From: Candidatus Thorarchaeota archaeon
Lineage (GTDB): Archaea > Asgardarchaeota > Thorarchaeia > Thorarchaeales > Thorarchaeaceae
Assembly: GCA_003345555.1 (NCBI GenBank)
Contig: PRDJ01000001.1
Location: 1-32,000, forward strand
Direction of reading: 5' to 3'
Length of the DNA: 32,000 nt
The notes under the pieces: model-generated
What the model was told of the DNA's origin: nothing
What the model saw: only the letters and a program-made list of their open reading frames with translations
Database searches by the model: none
Position numbers and translations under genes: made by a program
Shown: one piece after another, positions 17,003 through 24,992 of the stretch
Layout of the letters: every line of letters starts with the position of its first letter
How positions within the stretch are numbered: the first letter of the stretch is position 1

Positions 17003-18520
17003 GTGCAGATTCTATTTGCTCAGCAAATCATCGACATGCTTCCCCTCGGCATACTTCCATTCATGCTTATACTCCCTCTCATCGCCTCAGTTATCGCCTA
17101 TGCTGTTCGCGGACGAGCCGCAAGGATTCTCACGCTTACTGTAACAGTTACTGAGCTACTCCTTTCATTTGTTCTTGCAATGGCAATCAATCCCGCCATA
17201 ATTAGTGGCGACCCAAACGCAGGTATGAAGTATCTCTGGAACTTCGTCATGGGACAGATTGTATCAGGCGGAGGCTCTACAGAACTCCAGATTGCACTCG
17301 GTGTTGACGGCATCTCGGTTGCCATGATCGTGCTGTCCAATTTCGTAGTGATGATAGCCACAATCAGCTCGAATCACATACACAAGTCCGAGGGCCTGTA
17401 CTATGCTCTAATGCTCCTTTTGCAGGTGGGGCTTATCGGAGTATTCATGTCCCTTGACCTCATTGGATTCTTCATCTTCTGGGAGCTAGTCCTGATTCCA
17501 ATGTTCTTCATCATCGGGCGATGGGGTGAGGAAGGTTGCCAGCATGCTGCTATCAAGTTCTTCATCTACACTCATCTTGGCTCTGCGGTGATGCTCGTCG
17601 CCTTCTTCGTTCTGTACTTCGTAGCCGTCCCACATACCTTTGACATGATAGCGCTCCGGAGTATGGGGCTGCCTCCAATGGTTCAGCTTGGATTTGCACT
17701 TGCAGTGTTCATGGGCGCGGGTGTGAAGCTGCCTGTCTGGCCGCTGCACAACTGGCTGCCGTGGGCTCATGTAAAAGCTCCGACACCTGGCTCTGTGATT
17801 CTTGCTGGCATACTCCTGAAGATGGGCGGTTACGGATTCATTCGGCTTGGGGTTTGGATGGTTCCAGACGCCTTTGCGAGATTGAGTATTCCACTCGCCG
17901 TGCTTGCGGTGTTCACGTGTATCTATGCGGCGTTCACAGCGATGGCTCAGACCGACCTAAAGAGTATGGTCGCCTACACTTCGATAAATCACATGGCTTG
18001 GGTTTTGCTCGGCGTTGCCATAGGGACAGCCACAGCACTACAGGGAGCAGTCTACATGATGGTCTCTCATGGAGTTATCATCTCCGTCATGTTCATTGTT
18101 GCAGGACAGCTCAAGTACTCCGCAGGTTCCAGAGAAATCCCCCAAGTCAAAGGATTGATGGTGCAAGCTCCGCGATTGGCGTCAGTGTTCATCTTTGCAT
18201 CATTTGCCACGTTCGGCCTTCCGGGTCTGAGTGGGTTCATCGCAGAGGCACTGATTCTTTTTGGATCGGTGAAGGTTTACGTATGGACTGCGTTAATCAC
18301 TCTGGGAGTGTTTCTGACAGTAGGCTACATTCTGTGGACATTGAACAGAATCGTATTCAGTGATGCTAACCCTGAGAAGCCGGTGACGGAGGCACCTTGG
18401 AGCGACCTTATTGCGCCCTTGATTACACTGATACCGGTAGTTATCTTGGGAGTGTGGCCTGACCTCCTGCTCGGGTTAGTGTCGCCGGTAGTTTCTTTCA
18501 TTGTTGGGGGTGTGCCATAG
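17003..18520 (+). CDS. nuoM: Complex I-like subunit M (NuoM/FpoM)
   Basis: FWELVLIPMFFIIGRWG, KFFIYT, VKLPVWPLHNWLPWAHVKAP, LAGILLKMG, YTSINHM, SHG and GFIAE motifs. Confidence 0.95.
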   Translation: MQILFAQQIIDMLPLGILPFMLILPLIASVIAYAVRGRAARILTLTVTVTELLLSFVLAMAINPAIISGDPNAGMKYLWNFVMGQIVSGGGSTELQIALGVDGISVAMIVLSNFVVMIATISSNHIHKSEGLYYALMLLLQVGLIGVFMSLDLIGFFIFWELVLIPMFFIIGRWGEEGCQHAAIKFFIYTHLGSAVMLVAFFVLYFVAVPHTFDMIALRSMGLPPMVQLGFALAVFMGAGVKLPVWPLHNWLPWAHVKAPTPGSVILAGILLKMGGYGFIRLGVWMVPDAFARLSIPLAVLAVFTCIYAAFTAMAQTDLKSMVAYTSINHMAWVLLGVAIGTATALQGAVYMMVSHGVIISVMFIVAGQLKYSAGSREIPQVKGLMVQAPRLASVFIFASFATFGLPGLSGFIAEALILFGSVKVYVWTALITLGVFLTVGYILWTLNRIVFSDANPEKPVTEAPWSDLIAPLITLIPVVILGVWPDLLLGLVSPVVSFIVGGVP

Positions 18521-20019
18521 TGTTTCAGCTTTTCACACCGATTGTCGATCTCATACGCGCCATTCTGAGTCCTATCACGCAGCAATTGCTTCAGTTCATC
18601 CCCTCAGATTGGCTTGGGTCAATGCCGGCTCTTACTCTTGTCGGGTTTGCAGTGATTGCCTTGGTCGTGGGCATTCGATGGAACCCGCTTCCTGTCAGCT
18701 TCATTGGAGTGCTGGTGGTTACAATCGAAATGATTGTTCTTGACCCGGTGTCCTCTTTTGGCGGCCTGTTCGTTAGAGATGCGTTTTCTGACTTCTTCAT
18801 TTACATCATTCTGATAGTCGGCTTCCTTGTCTTGATGTCATCCACCCTCCACAGCGGAGACCAGGGTCCTTACAACTTCCTACTGCTCATGTCGTTTGCA
18901 GGAGCTATCTTGGTAGTGACGGCTACCGATCTCATTGCATTGTTTCTTGCGTGGGAACTGATGTCCACCCCCACCTACGTTCTTACTGCGCTGAGTCCGA
19001 ATCGTGGAGCTGTCGATGGAGCAACGAAGTACTTCGTTATGGGCCTGATGGCCACGACACTCATGATATTCGGAATCGCTCTTGTTTATGGTGTCACAGG
19101 CCAAACTAGTCTATCAGTGCTGTCGTCGACTGTCGCGACAATCTGGAGTTCCGGCCCTGGACTATCCCCAGCGGCATACACTCTGATGCTCGCCATGATT
19201 CTCTTCGTGATATCATTCGGATTCAAAGTCGGCATCTTTCCCGGTTGGATGTGGGTACCTGATACCTATTCGACTGCTGACGGCAGTGTTACGTCGTATC
19301 TAGCAGGTGCGACTAAGAAAGCGGGTGTCAGCGCACTTGTCCGAATCTTGATGGTTGCGTTCATTGTTGCAAGGCTCAGCTGGGCTCCCCTAATAGTCGG
19401 AGTATCGATTCTAACTATGGTAATTGGAAATGTGCTCGCATTGGCGCAACGTAAAATCATGCGGATGCTGGCATACTCGAGTATTGCGATGATGGGCTAC
19501 TTGATGATAGGGCTCGCTGCAGGCACGGAACTCGGTGTAGCTGCGGCTTTCTTCCAAGCTTTTGTTCACGCTCTGATGAAGACAGGAGCTTTCATCTTGG
19601 TTTGGACAATCTCAGTGCGTTTGGCCCGGGATGTCACATACGACGACCTAGCGGGATTGAGTCAGAGGGCTCCGCTTGCGTCAGCGATGTTCGCAGTACT
19701 GATGCTTGCTCTTGCAGGGATGCCACTGACTGCTGGCTTTTGGTCCAAACTTATACTGTTTCAGAGTGCTGTTGAGGTCGGTATGTGGTGGCTTGCTCTG
19801 ATTGGGCTCCTGAATTCGGTGTTCTCATTGGGTTACTACCTAAGAGTGCTGAAGTACTGCTACATGATCGAACCGAAGGATGGATCTCCGCTGAAGCTTG
19901 CTAGCGTTCCGGTCATGGCTGTTGTTCTATGCGTTGTTGGTGTTATCGCATTCTTTGTCTTTCCGGGTGCCATCCTCGACTACGCGATTGGGGCTGCCGC
20001 AGGAATCGTGGTACCCTAG
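18520..20019 (+). CDS. nuoN: Complex I-like subunit N (NuoN/FpoN)
   Basis: AWELMSTPTYVL, ATKYFVMG, FKVGIFP.W.WVPDTY, RMLAYSSIA and GMPLTAGFWSK motifs; TAGTG overlap with nuoM. Confidence 0.93.
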   Translation: MFQLFTPIVDLIRAILSPITQQLLQFIPSDWLGSMPALTLVGFAVIALVVGIRWNPLPVSFIGVLVVTIEMIVLDPVSSFGGLFVRDAFSDFFIYIILIVGFLVLMSSTLHSGDQGPYNFLLLMSFAGAILVVTATDLIALFLAWELMSTPTYVLTALSPNRGAVDGATKYFVMGLMATTLMIFGIALVYGVTGQTSLSVLSSTVATIWSSGPGLSPAAYTLMLAMILFVISFGFKVGIFPGWMWVPDTYSTADGSVTSYLAGATKKAGVSALVRILMVAFIVARLSWAPLIVGVSILTMVIGNVLALAQRKIMRMLAYSSIAMMGYLMIGLAAGTELGVAAAFFQAFVHALMKTGAFILVWTISVRLARDVTYDDLAGLSQRAPLASAMFAVLMLALAGMPLTAGFWSKLILFQSAVEVGMWWLALIGLLNSVFSLGYYLRVLKYCYMIEPKDGSPLKLASVPVMAVVLCVVGVIAFFVFPGAILDYAIGAAAGIVVP

Positions 20020-20020
20020 A

Positions 20021-20046
20021 GTAGTTAGTTGCCGCTCAACAACTAC
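20021..20046 (+). terminator. Hairpin immediately after the nuo operon
   Basis: GTAGTT-A-GTTG-CCGCT-CAAC-AACTAC: a 10-bp stem with one bulge, 2 nt after the nuoN stop. No long U-tract. Confidence 0.45.
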
Positions 20047-20168
20047 GGGTCTTCCGACCGAGTCAATCTTGTCCTGTAGGTCCGGACCCACAAACGATAA
20101 ATGAAAAGGCCAAGATTATGATGTAACCCTGCATTGTCTGGGTTAATGAAAGACATGGTGCAAAATCT

Positions 20169-20615
20169 ATGGGATTTCTGAGTAAACTTCAGGCGCCGAA
20201 GGCAACCGTAGCAGTGATTCTCGACAAGGGAACCTACAGTCTCAGAGAGCCGCTGCAAGGTAAGCTTGACGTCTCGTCATCCGAGGAGTTCGACGCGGAC
20301 GAACTGCGTATTGAGTTCTGGGTTAGTGAATGGACTAAGGCCACCCAACAGAAACAGGTCGGACAGCAGACCGTACCCGTAACCGCCGAGCAAAACATCA
20401 AACTTCACCAAGGCAAGCTTACGGTGGCTGGAGGAAGACACTTTACATCTGGCTTCCGTGAAAGCATTCCGTTTAGTCTACCGTTGCCGTCAAACGTGCC
20501 CCCAACCTACCGCGGTCAAAACGCCCGCAACACTTGGATGATGAAAGCCGTAATAGGTGTCAAAGGCCGACCTGATGTAGAGACGCGAGATATGGAAGTC
20601 GTCATCACCTATTGA
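20169..20615 (+). CDS. Single-domain arrestin-N/Vps26/SpoOM-like Ig-fold protein
   Basis: LDKGTYSLREPLQGKL and IPFSLPLPSNVPPTYRGQNARNTWMMKAVI match the arrestin-N pattern (Y..G..V.G.V ... PF.F.LP...PPS..G....I.Y..KA). Confidence 0.7.
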   Translation: MGFLSKLQAPKATVAVILDKGTYSLREPLQGKLDVSSSEEFDADELRIEFWVSEWTKATQQKQVGQQTVPVTAEQNIKLHQGKLTVAGGRHFTSGFRESIPFSLPLPSNVPPTYRGQNARNTWMMKAVIGVKGRPDVETRDMEVVITY

Positions 20616-20681
20616 GCAAACGGCAAGCTCGCACACTAGGATTTCCAGTTCAAGATATTTCTGAAAATACTGTGAGGACGA

Positions 20682-20720
20682 ATGAAGCCGCACATCGATA
20701 TGGCGGTAGTACGGCTTCAT
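20682..20720. promoter_or_regulatory. Intergenic inverted repeat with an alternative internal pairing
   Basis: ATGAAGCCG-N21-CGGCTTCAT (9-bp perfect stem). An internal CCGC-A-CAT-CGAT-ATG-GCGG hairpin competes for the same CCG. Confidence 0.4.
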
Positions 20721-20878
20721 GCCTCTCATCTGCATGCATCATACAGCTTTCTTTCGGGTCTTAGGGACTGCGGAAGGCGCAGCATAGATTCTCAGAGAGC
20801 ACACGCGCGCTTGCTTTGAAGACTGCACTTATTACATGCTGCCTGCGCTTGCATGTCGTCCGAGGCTTCAGGTGGTGC

Positions 20879-21517
20879 ATGAAGACGGGATGGCTCGAGA
20901 AGTTTAGTAAAGGCCTTGAGAAACATGCTGGCAGGTCTGTAAGGAGCAAAGTCATGGTCACAGCTCCGGATCCTTCTACCAAGATGACTCCTAAGCAGAT
21001 GACTGATTGGGTTCTCGCCGCGATTGATAGGCTTGACACACTGGTGCCTGACGCAGAGACGCGTCGAAGCATTATGTTGTGCTGTTCTGACTTGTTCCCT
21101 CAAGAGAGAATACAGAGGGTTCGTGAGGAGTACGAGAGAACGGGCAGCATGGAGGAGCTACTCAAGTGGATGCATCAAGATAGCTCATGGAAGGGGCTCG
21201 CATATTACGAGTACCCGAAGCGCGAGGAGAACACCATATATGTGACCAAGGTTCCCTACAACCCCAAGGGCTTTCGAGAAGCCACGGACCCCGTACGCAA
21301 ACGTGCTTCCTACTGCCATTGTCCCTTGATTCGCCCTGCCATACGTAGCGGCACCCCTGTTTCCCCGACCTTCTGCCTGTGTGGATCGGGCTGGTACAAG
21401 TCACTGTGGGAAGGTGTATTGGGTAAACCTGTGCGTGTCGAGATCTTGGAGGCCGTCAGCCAAGGCGCTGAGCACTGCACATTTGCGATTCACCTTCCGC
21501 CGGGCACAAATCCCTAG
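20879..21517 (+). CDS. Cys-rich V4R/H-NOX-like domain protein (resembles the DUF6144 family)
   Basis: Motifs MLCCS, YCHCP and FCLCGSGWYKSLWEGVLGKPVRVEILE.V..G...CTFAI. ATG 20879 follows GGTGGTG. Confidence 0.65.
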   Translation: MKTGWLEKFSKGLEKHAGRSVRSKVMVTAPDPSTKMTPKQMTDWVLAAIDRLDTLVPDAETRRSIMLCCSDLFPQERIQRVREEYERTGSMEELLKWMHQDSSWKGLAYYEYPKREENTIYVTKVPYNPKGFREATDPVRKRASYCHCPLIRPAIRSGTPVSPTFCLCGSGWYKSLWEGVLGKPVRVEILEAVSQGAEHCTFAIHLPPGTNP

Positions 21518-21544
21518 CATCCGTCCGACAGCACGACCAGCGAT

Positions 21545-22168
21545 TCAGGCCAGCAACAGGACAATGATAGCCCTGACGATGAATACGTAGACCAAATGCA
21601 ATGCGATGACCACTAAGGTAAGGACCATGAAGAGTGCCGCGTTTGTCCTTGGTGTAGCTTTTCTACCCTCCGTCCACCTGTAGAAGAAGATGAATAGGAA
21701 TGCCGCCCCTGCCCACCCAAAGGGGACAATAGCGGGCATTTCGTACAGCACTCTGACAGCCTCAGGCGGCCACACCCACCATAGAGTTTGAGCGGCTCCT
21801 GCAGCCACTTCAACCGGCAACGAAAGGGTGGCAGTTATGATTGCCGCCGTGAGAGGCACAATCCATCCGTTGTCCTTCCACTTCGGCGCGAAGGCCTCGA
21901 GCAGTCTGTTGCCAATCATCCAGCATGCGTAGAAAGATGCCGACCATCCGAATCCCATCATGATAGGAGCACTTCCAATGTAGAACGGATGGTTCGGATA
22001 GGTATACATGCCCGGCAACAGGGAAACGATGTTCTCTCTCAGAATGCCGAAGATGAATCCACCAATGAAGAAGCCGGCGGTTTGCCACTTGCCTCTGTAG
22101 AACCAACTGTGAATTATGCAAAGGAGGCAGCCGAGCATCACAGTGAGGGTTACGATTTCTGCGTACAT
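21545..22168 (-). CDS. Membrane protein, CruF/carotenoid-biosynthesis (DUF422)-like
   Basis: Pattern GF.FG...E......G.Y.Y....F.IG..P......W and W.W......P...PFGW, about six TM segments; GGAGGG RBS. Confidence 0.55.
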   Translation of the reverse strand: MYAEIVTLTVMLGCLLCIIHSWFYRGKWQTAGFFIGGFIFGILRENIVSLLPGMYTYPNHPFYIGSAPIMMGFGWSASFYACWMIGNRLLEAFAPKWKDNGWIVPLTAAIITATLSLPVEVAAGAAQTLWWVWPPEAVRVLYEMPAIVPFGWAGAAFLFIFFYRWTEGRKATPRTNAALFMVLTLVVIALHLVYVFIVRAIIVLLLA

Positions 22169-22169
22169 T

Positions 22170-22343
22170 CTAGGCCCTCCTCGTTTTCAGTATGGCTCCA
22201 AGCCACAGGACGAGGACGAGCAGTATAGGGACAACTGACACAAGTCTCGTCGTATCTCCGATGATGACAATGTCAACACCGGACATAGCTAGGATTACGA
22301 GCAGAATCGCAGATACTGGTAGAAGCTCCTTCAGGTAATTCAC
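22170..22343 (-). CDS. Possible small two-TM membrane protein (about 57 aa) coupled to the CruF-like gene
   Basis: Two hydrophobic segments. The stop TAG lies 1 nt before the downstream ATG. The GTG start at 22343 is inferred. Confidence 0.35.
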   Translation of the reverse strand: MNYLKELLPVSAILLVILAMSGVDIVIIGDTTRLVSVVPILLVLVLWLGAILKTRRA

Positions 22344-22478
22344 CAAGAACACCAAGTTTGAGGAATCAATCAATCGGACTGAAAAGGATTTTTGAAGAAA
22401 ACATAGATTCAGGGTTAATCGTAACAAAGATAAGAAAGCTAAGTACACAAAGCATGAAAGTTTGGTAGCGTGATTATC

Positions 22479-22868
22479 ATGCCAGGGGAAATATCGAAAC
22501 TAGCGAAGTACATCTTTCTGCTCTTCTTCATTGTAACACTGATTTTCGGAGTTGTCTGGTTCTTTGCACCAGAATATTGGAATTCCATCTCAGGATGGCC
22601 TTCAGAGATAGCCTCAGGCCGCATAGTGGGGATGGCGGTTCTTGTGATGGCAATAGGCTCGATTCTGGCCTTTCGCGCATCTTCTTGGCAGCAGGTTGAG
22701 CTATATGTCATCATGGCATTGCTCTTCAACTTCCTAGGTGTTGTGGGGATGCTCTGGAACGTTCTGACGATGCCAACGCTTCCTTGGATTGCTTGGGTCT
22801 TGATCGGGCTTAATGCGCTGTTTGGGGTGCTGTATCTCTATATCTATTTCACGCAAAAGAAGGTCTAG
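22479..22868 (+). CDS. Hypothetical membrane protein (about 4 TM, 129 aa)
   Basis: Four hydrophobic segments; AT-rich divergent promoter region upstream. Confidence 0.7.
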   Translation: MPGEISKLAKYIFLLFFIVTLIFGVVWFFAPEYWNSISGWPSEIASGRIVGMAVLVMAIGSILAFRASSWQQVELYVIMALLFNFLGVVGMLWNVLTMPTLPWIAWVLIGLNALFGVLYLYIYFTQKKV

Positions 22869-22978
22869 GGGCTTCTGAGATCTCGGAGACCTGCTCTGAA
22901 CCACGCTGGGTGTCGCCCGGCGGTATTAGCGGAGCGTCACGTCCCCGCCGAAGGAAGATTGCGTCCTCCGAATGAGAC

Positions 22979-23012
22979 GTTTGGTCGACCAAACCGTGAC
23001 ACTTCTATCACG
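22979..23012. promoter_or_regulatory. Two adjacent dyad elements upstream of the GIY-YIG gene
   Basis: Perfect 16-bp palindrome GTTTGGTCGACCAAAC (22979-22994), followed immediately by CGTGA-N8-TCACG (22995-23012). TTTTTATC TATA-like box at 23028-23035. Confidence 0.45.
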
Positions 23013-23064
23013 CTGGAATCACAGAGGTTTTTATCAACGTGGAACCAAGAGCCAGCCCATTCCC

Positions 23065-23358
23065 ATGACCAAGTACTTCGTCTATGTAATAGAGACCGAG
23101 GACCACACCTACTATACAGGCCAGACAAACGATCTATTGAGACGTTTCAAGGAGCACGTGGCTCGAAAGTCGCATTCGGCATCGTATTTCCGGATGCATC
23201 CACCAAAGTACTTGGTCTATCTTGAGGAAGTTGACAGCCGGGCCAAAGCATTGCGCCGTGAACGTCAGATCAAACTGCATCGGCGGCTCAAGATGAGCCT
23301 GATAGGTAGTCGCCGTGATTTGCTGGAAGTGATAGACTCCGAAGCCAGCTACAAGTAA
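23065..23358 (+). CDS. Stand-alone GIY-YIG nuclease (YazA/UPF0213-like)
   Basis: YFVYVIE-x5-YYTGQTNDLLRRFKEH...ALRRERQIK carries the YVY/YTG, R, H and E catalytic pattern. ATG 23065 is about 30 nt after the TATA-like box. Confidence 0.88.
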   Translation: MTKYFVYVIETEDHTYYTGQTNDLLRRFKEHVARKSHSASYFRMHPPKYLVYLEEVDSRAKALRRERQIKLHRRLKMSLIGSRRDLLEVIDSEASYK

Positions 23359-23413
23359 GTCTCGAAGCTTTCATATCTCCCGCAATTCTACTAGCCTGCT
23401 AAGTGAGAGGCAG

Positions 23414-24934
23414 ATGACACAGCTGGTCGCAGCAATAGATGCTGGTACTTCCGGCGTCCGTTCCGTGCTATTCAGAACCAATGGCGCGGTCGTGGCGATG
23501 GCCTATGAGGAGTTCGCTAGCTACTACCCCAATCCCTCGTGGGTTGAACAGGACGCGTCTGCTTGGTGGGTCGCAGCGGGGAAGACTATGGCACGGGCGC
23601 TCAAGGAAGCTCACGCCAGTGCGAATGACATTGTCAGTGTTAGTGCAACAAACCAGCGTGAAACCATTGTCCCGATTGACAATGTTGGCAATCCTCTTCG
23701 CCGAGCTATTGTCTGGCAGGACAGGAGGACAGTTCGCCAGTGCGATTGGATCAAAGCTCAGGTCCCACCGGACGAAGTATACTCAATCACCGGTCTCACG
23801 ATTGACCCGTACTTCTCGGCGCCGAAAATCCTGTGGATAAAGGAGAAGGAACCCGCGACGTTCAAGGCGGCGACGAAGTTCCTTCTCGTTCACGACTTCA
23901 TAATCTACAAGCTCACTGGTCGAACCATCACAGACTTCTCTAACGCAAGCCGGACTATGTTATTCGACTTGAAGCAGGCCAATTGGTCCGACAGGCTTCT
24001 TGGCAAATTCGGGATTCCCAAGGAAAAGCTGCCGGACCCCGTGGCACCCGGAATGCGCGTGGGTGAAATCACTCCTGAGGCTGGGAAGTCGATTCATTTG
24101 AAGCAGGGTACACCTGTTGTTGCTGGGGGTGGCGATCAGCAGTGTGCAGCCCTCGGTGTCGGGGTCGTAAGACCGGGTTCGATTAAGACAACAACAGGAA
24201 CTGGGACATTCATGCTCGCATATTCCCAAACACCGCGGCTCGATTCAAAGAGACGGGTTTTATGCAGCCGTCATGTGGTTCCTGATGCCTTCGTCATAGA
24301 GGCAAGCATGTTCACAACCGGTTCTGCTCTGCGCTGGTTCCGTGACAATCTTGGCAATGAAGAATGCGAAGCAGCGAGCAAGCGCGGAGTGGACCCTTAT
24401 GACATTATCACAGAGAAGGCGAGCACGATACAGGCGGGATCGGAAGGGGTCGTTCACATTCCACATCTTGCAGGCGCGGGTGCTCCTTATTGGAATCCCA
24501 GTGCACGCGGGGTCTTCGCGGGTCTCGCCTTAGGTCACACGAGAGAGCATCTGATGCGTGCCATACTTGAGGGCGTGTGCTACGACATTCGTACGAATCT
24601 TGAGGTAATGCGGGAGCTGGGACTAGCCACGTCCGAGGTGCGTGTCACTGGCGGGGCGGCACGTAGTGAAGTCTGGATGCAGATTCAGGCCGATGTCCTG
24701 GGTGTGCCAGTCATTCGTACATCAATGGAGGAAGCTACGGCCCTAGGCGCCGCGATACTAGCATGTAAGGGCGTAGGCGTGTTCTCTTCGGTCGCTGACG
24801 CAGCAGAGGAGATGGTTCGTCCTCTACCCGCGCTTCAACCTTCACCTAGCAATCGTGCTGTATATGACCATGGCTTTGAAAAGTACAGGAAACTCTACAC
24901 CGCCCTCTCTGGATTCACTTGGGACTCTGCCTGA
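23414..24934 (+). CDS. glpK: FGGY-family carbohydrate kinase with glycerol kinase (GlpK)-type substrate residues
   Basis: IDAGTSG, TNQRET, VWQDRRT, IDPYFSAPK, TDFSNASRTMLF, GDQQ, TGTGTF, GAPYW and EATALGAA motifs. Xylulokinase cannot be excluded. Confidence 0.72.
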   Translation: MTQLVAAIDAGTSGVRSVLFRTNGAVVAMAYEEFASYYPNPSWVEQDASAWWVAAGKTMARALKEAHASANDIVSVSATNQRETIVPIDNVGNPLRRAIVWQDRRTVRQCDWIKAQVPPDEVYSITGLTIDPYFSAPKILWIKEKEPATFKAATKFLLVHDFIIYKLTGRTITDFSNASRTMLFDLKQANWSDRLLGKFGIPKEKLPDPVAPGMRVGEITPEAGKSIHLKQGTPVVAGGGDQQCAALGVGVVRPGSIKTTTGTGTFMLAYSQTPRLDSKRRVLCSRHVVPDAFVIEASMFTTGSALRWFRDNLGNEECEAASKRGVDPYDIITEKASTIQAGSEGVVHIPHLAGAGAPYWNPSARGVFAGLALGHTREHLMRAILEGVCYDIRTNLEVMRELGLATSEVRVTGGAARSEVWMQIQADVLGVPVIRTSMEEATALGAAILACKGVGVFSSVADAAEEMVRPLPALQPSPSNRAVYDHGFEKYRKLYTALSGFTWDSA

Positions 24935-24992
24935 AGGGCCGAACGGAGAAGGAAGATCTGTGCTAAACTCCAACAGCGAGGGAGACTTCAGT

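Noticed and set aside
17761-18363. 200-aa alternative-frame ORF, and similar short overlapping ORFs throughout the track
   Set aside because: Nested in well-supported genes, with low-complexity S/R/H/C-rich composition typical of off-frame translation.
20079-20088. 10-bp palindrome GGTCCGGACC after the nuo operon
   Set aside because: Short enough to be expected by chance, and not repeated.
20661-20684. CTGAAAATACTGTGAGGACGAATG matches the classic hammerhead core CTGATGAGTCCGTGAGGACGAAAC at 17/24 positions
   Set aside because: The essential CUGANGA G is A, stem II cannot pair (TACT vs GGAC), and GAAA is GAAT. Most likely coincidence.
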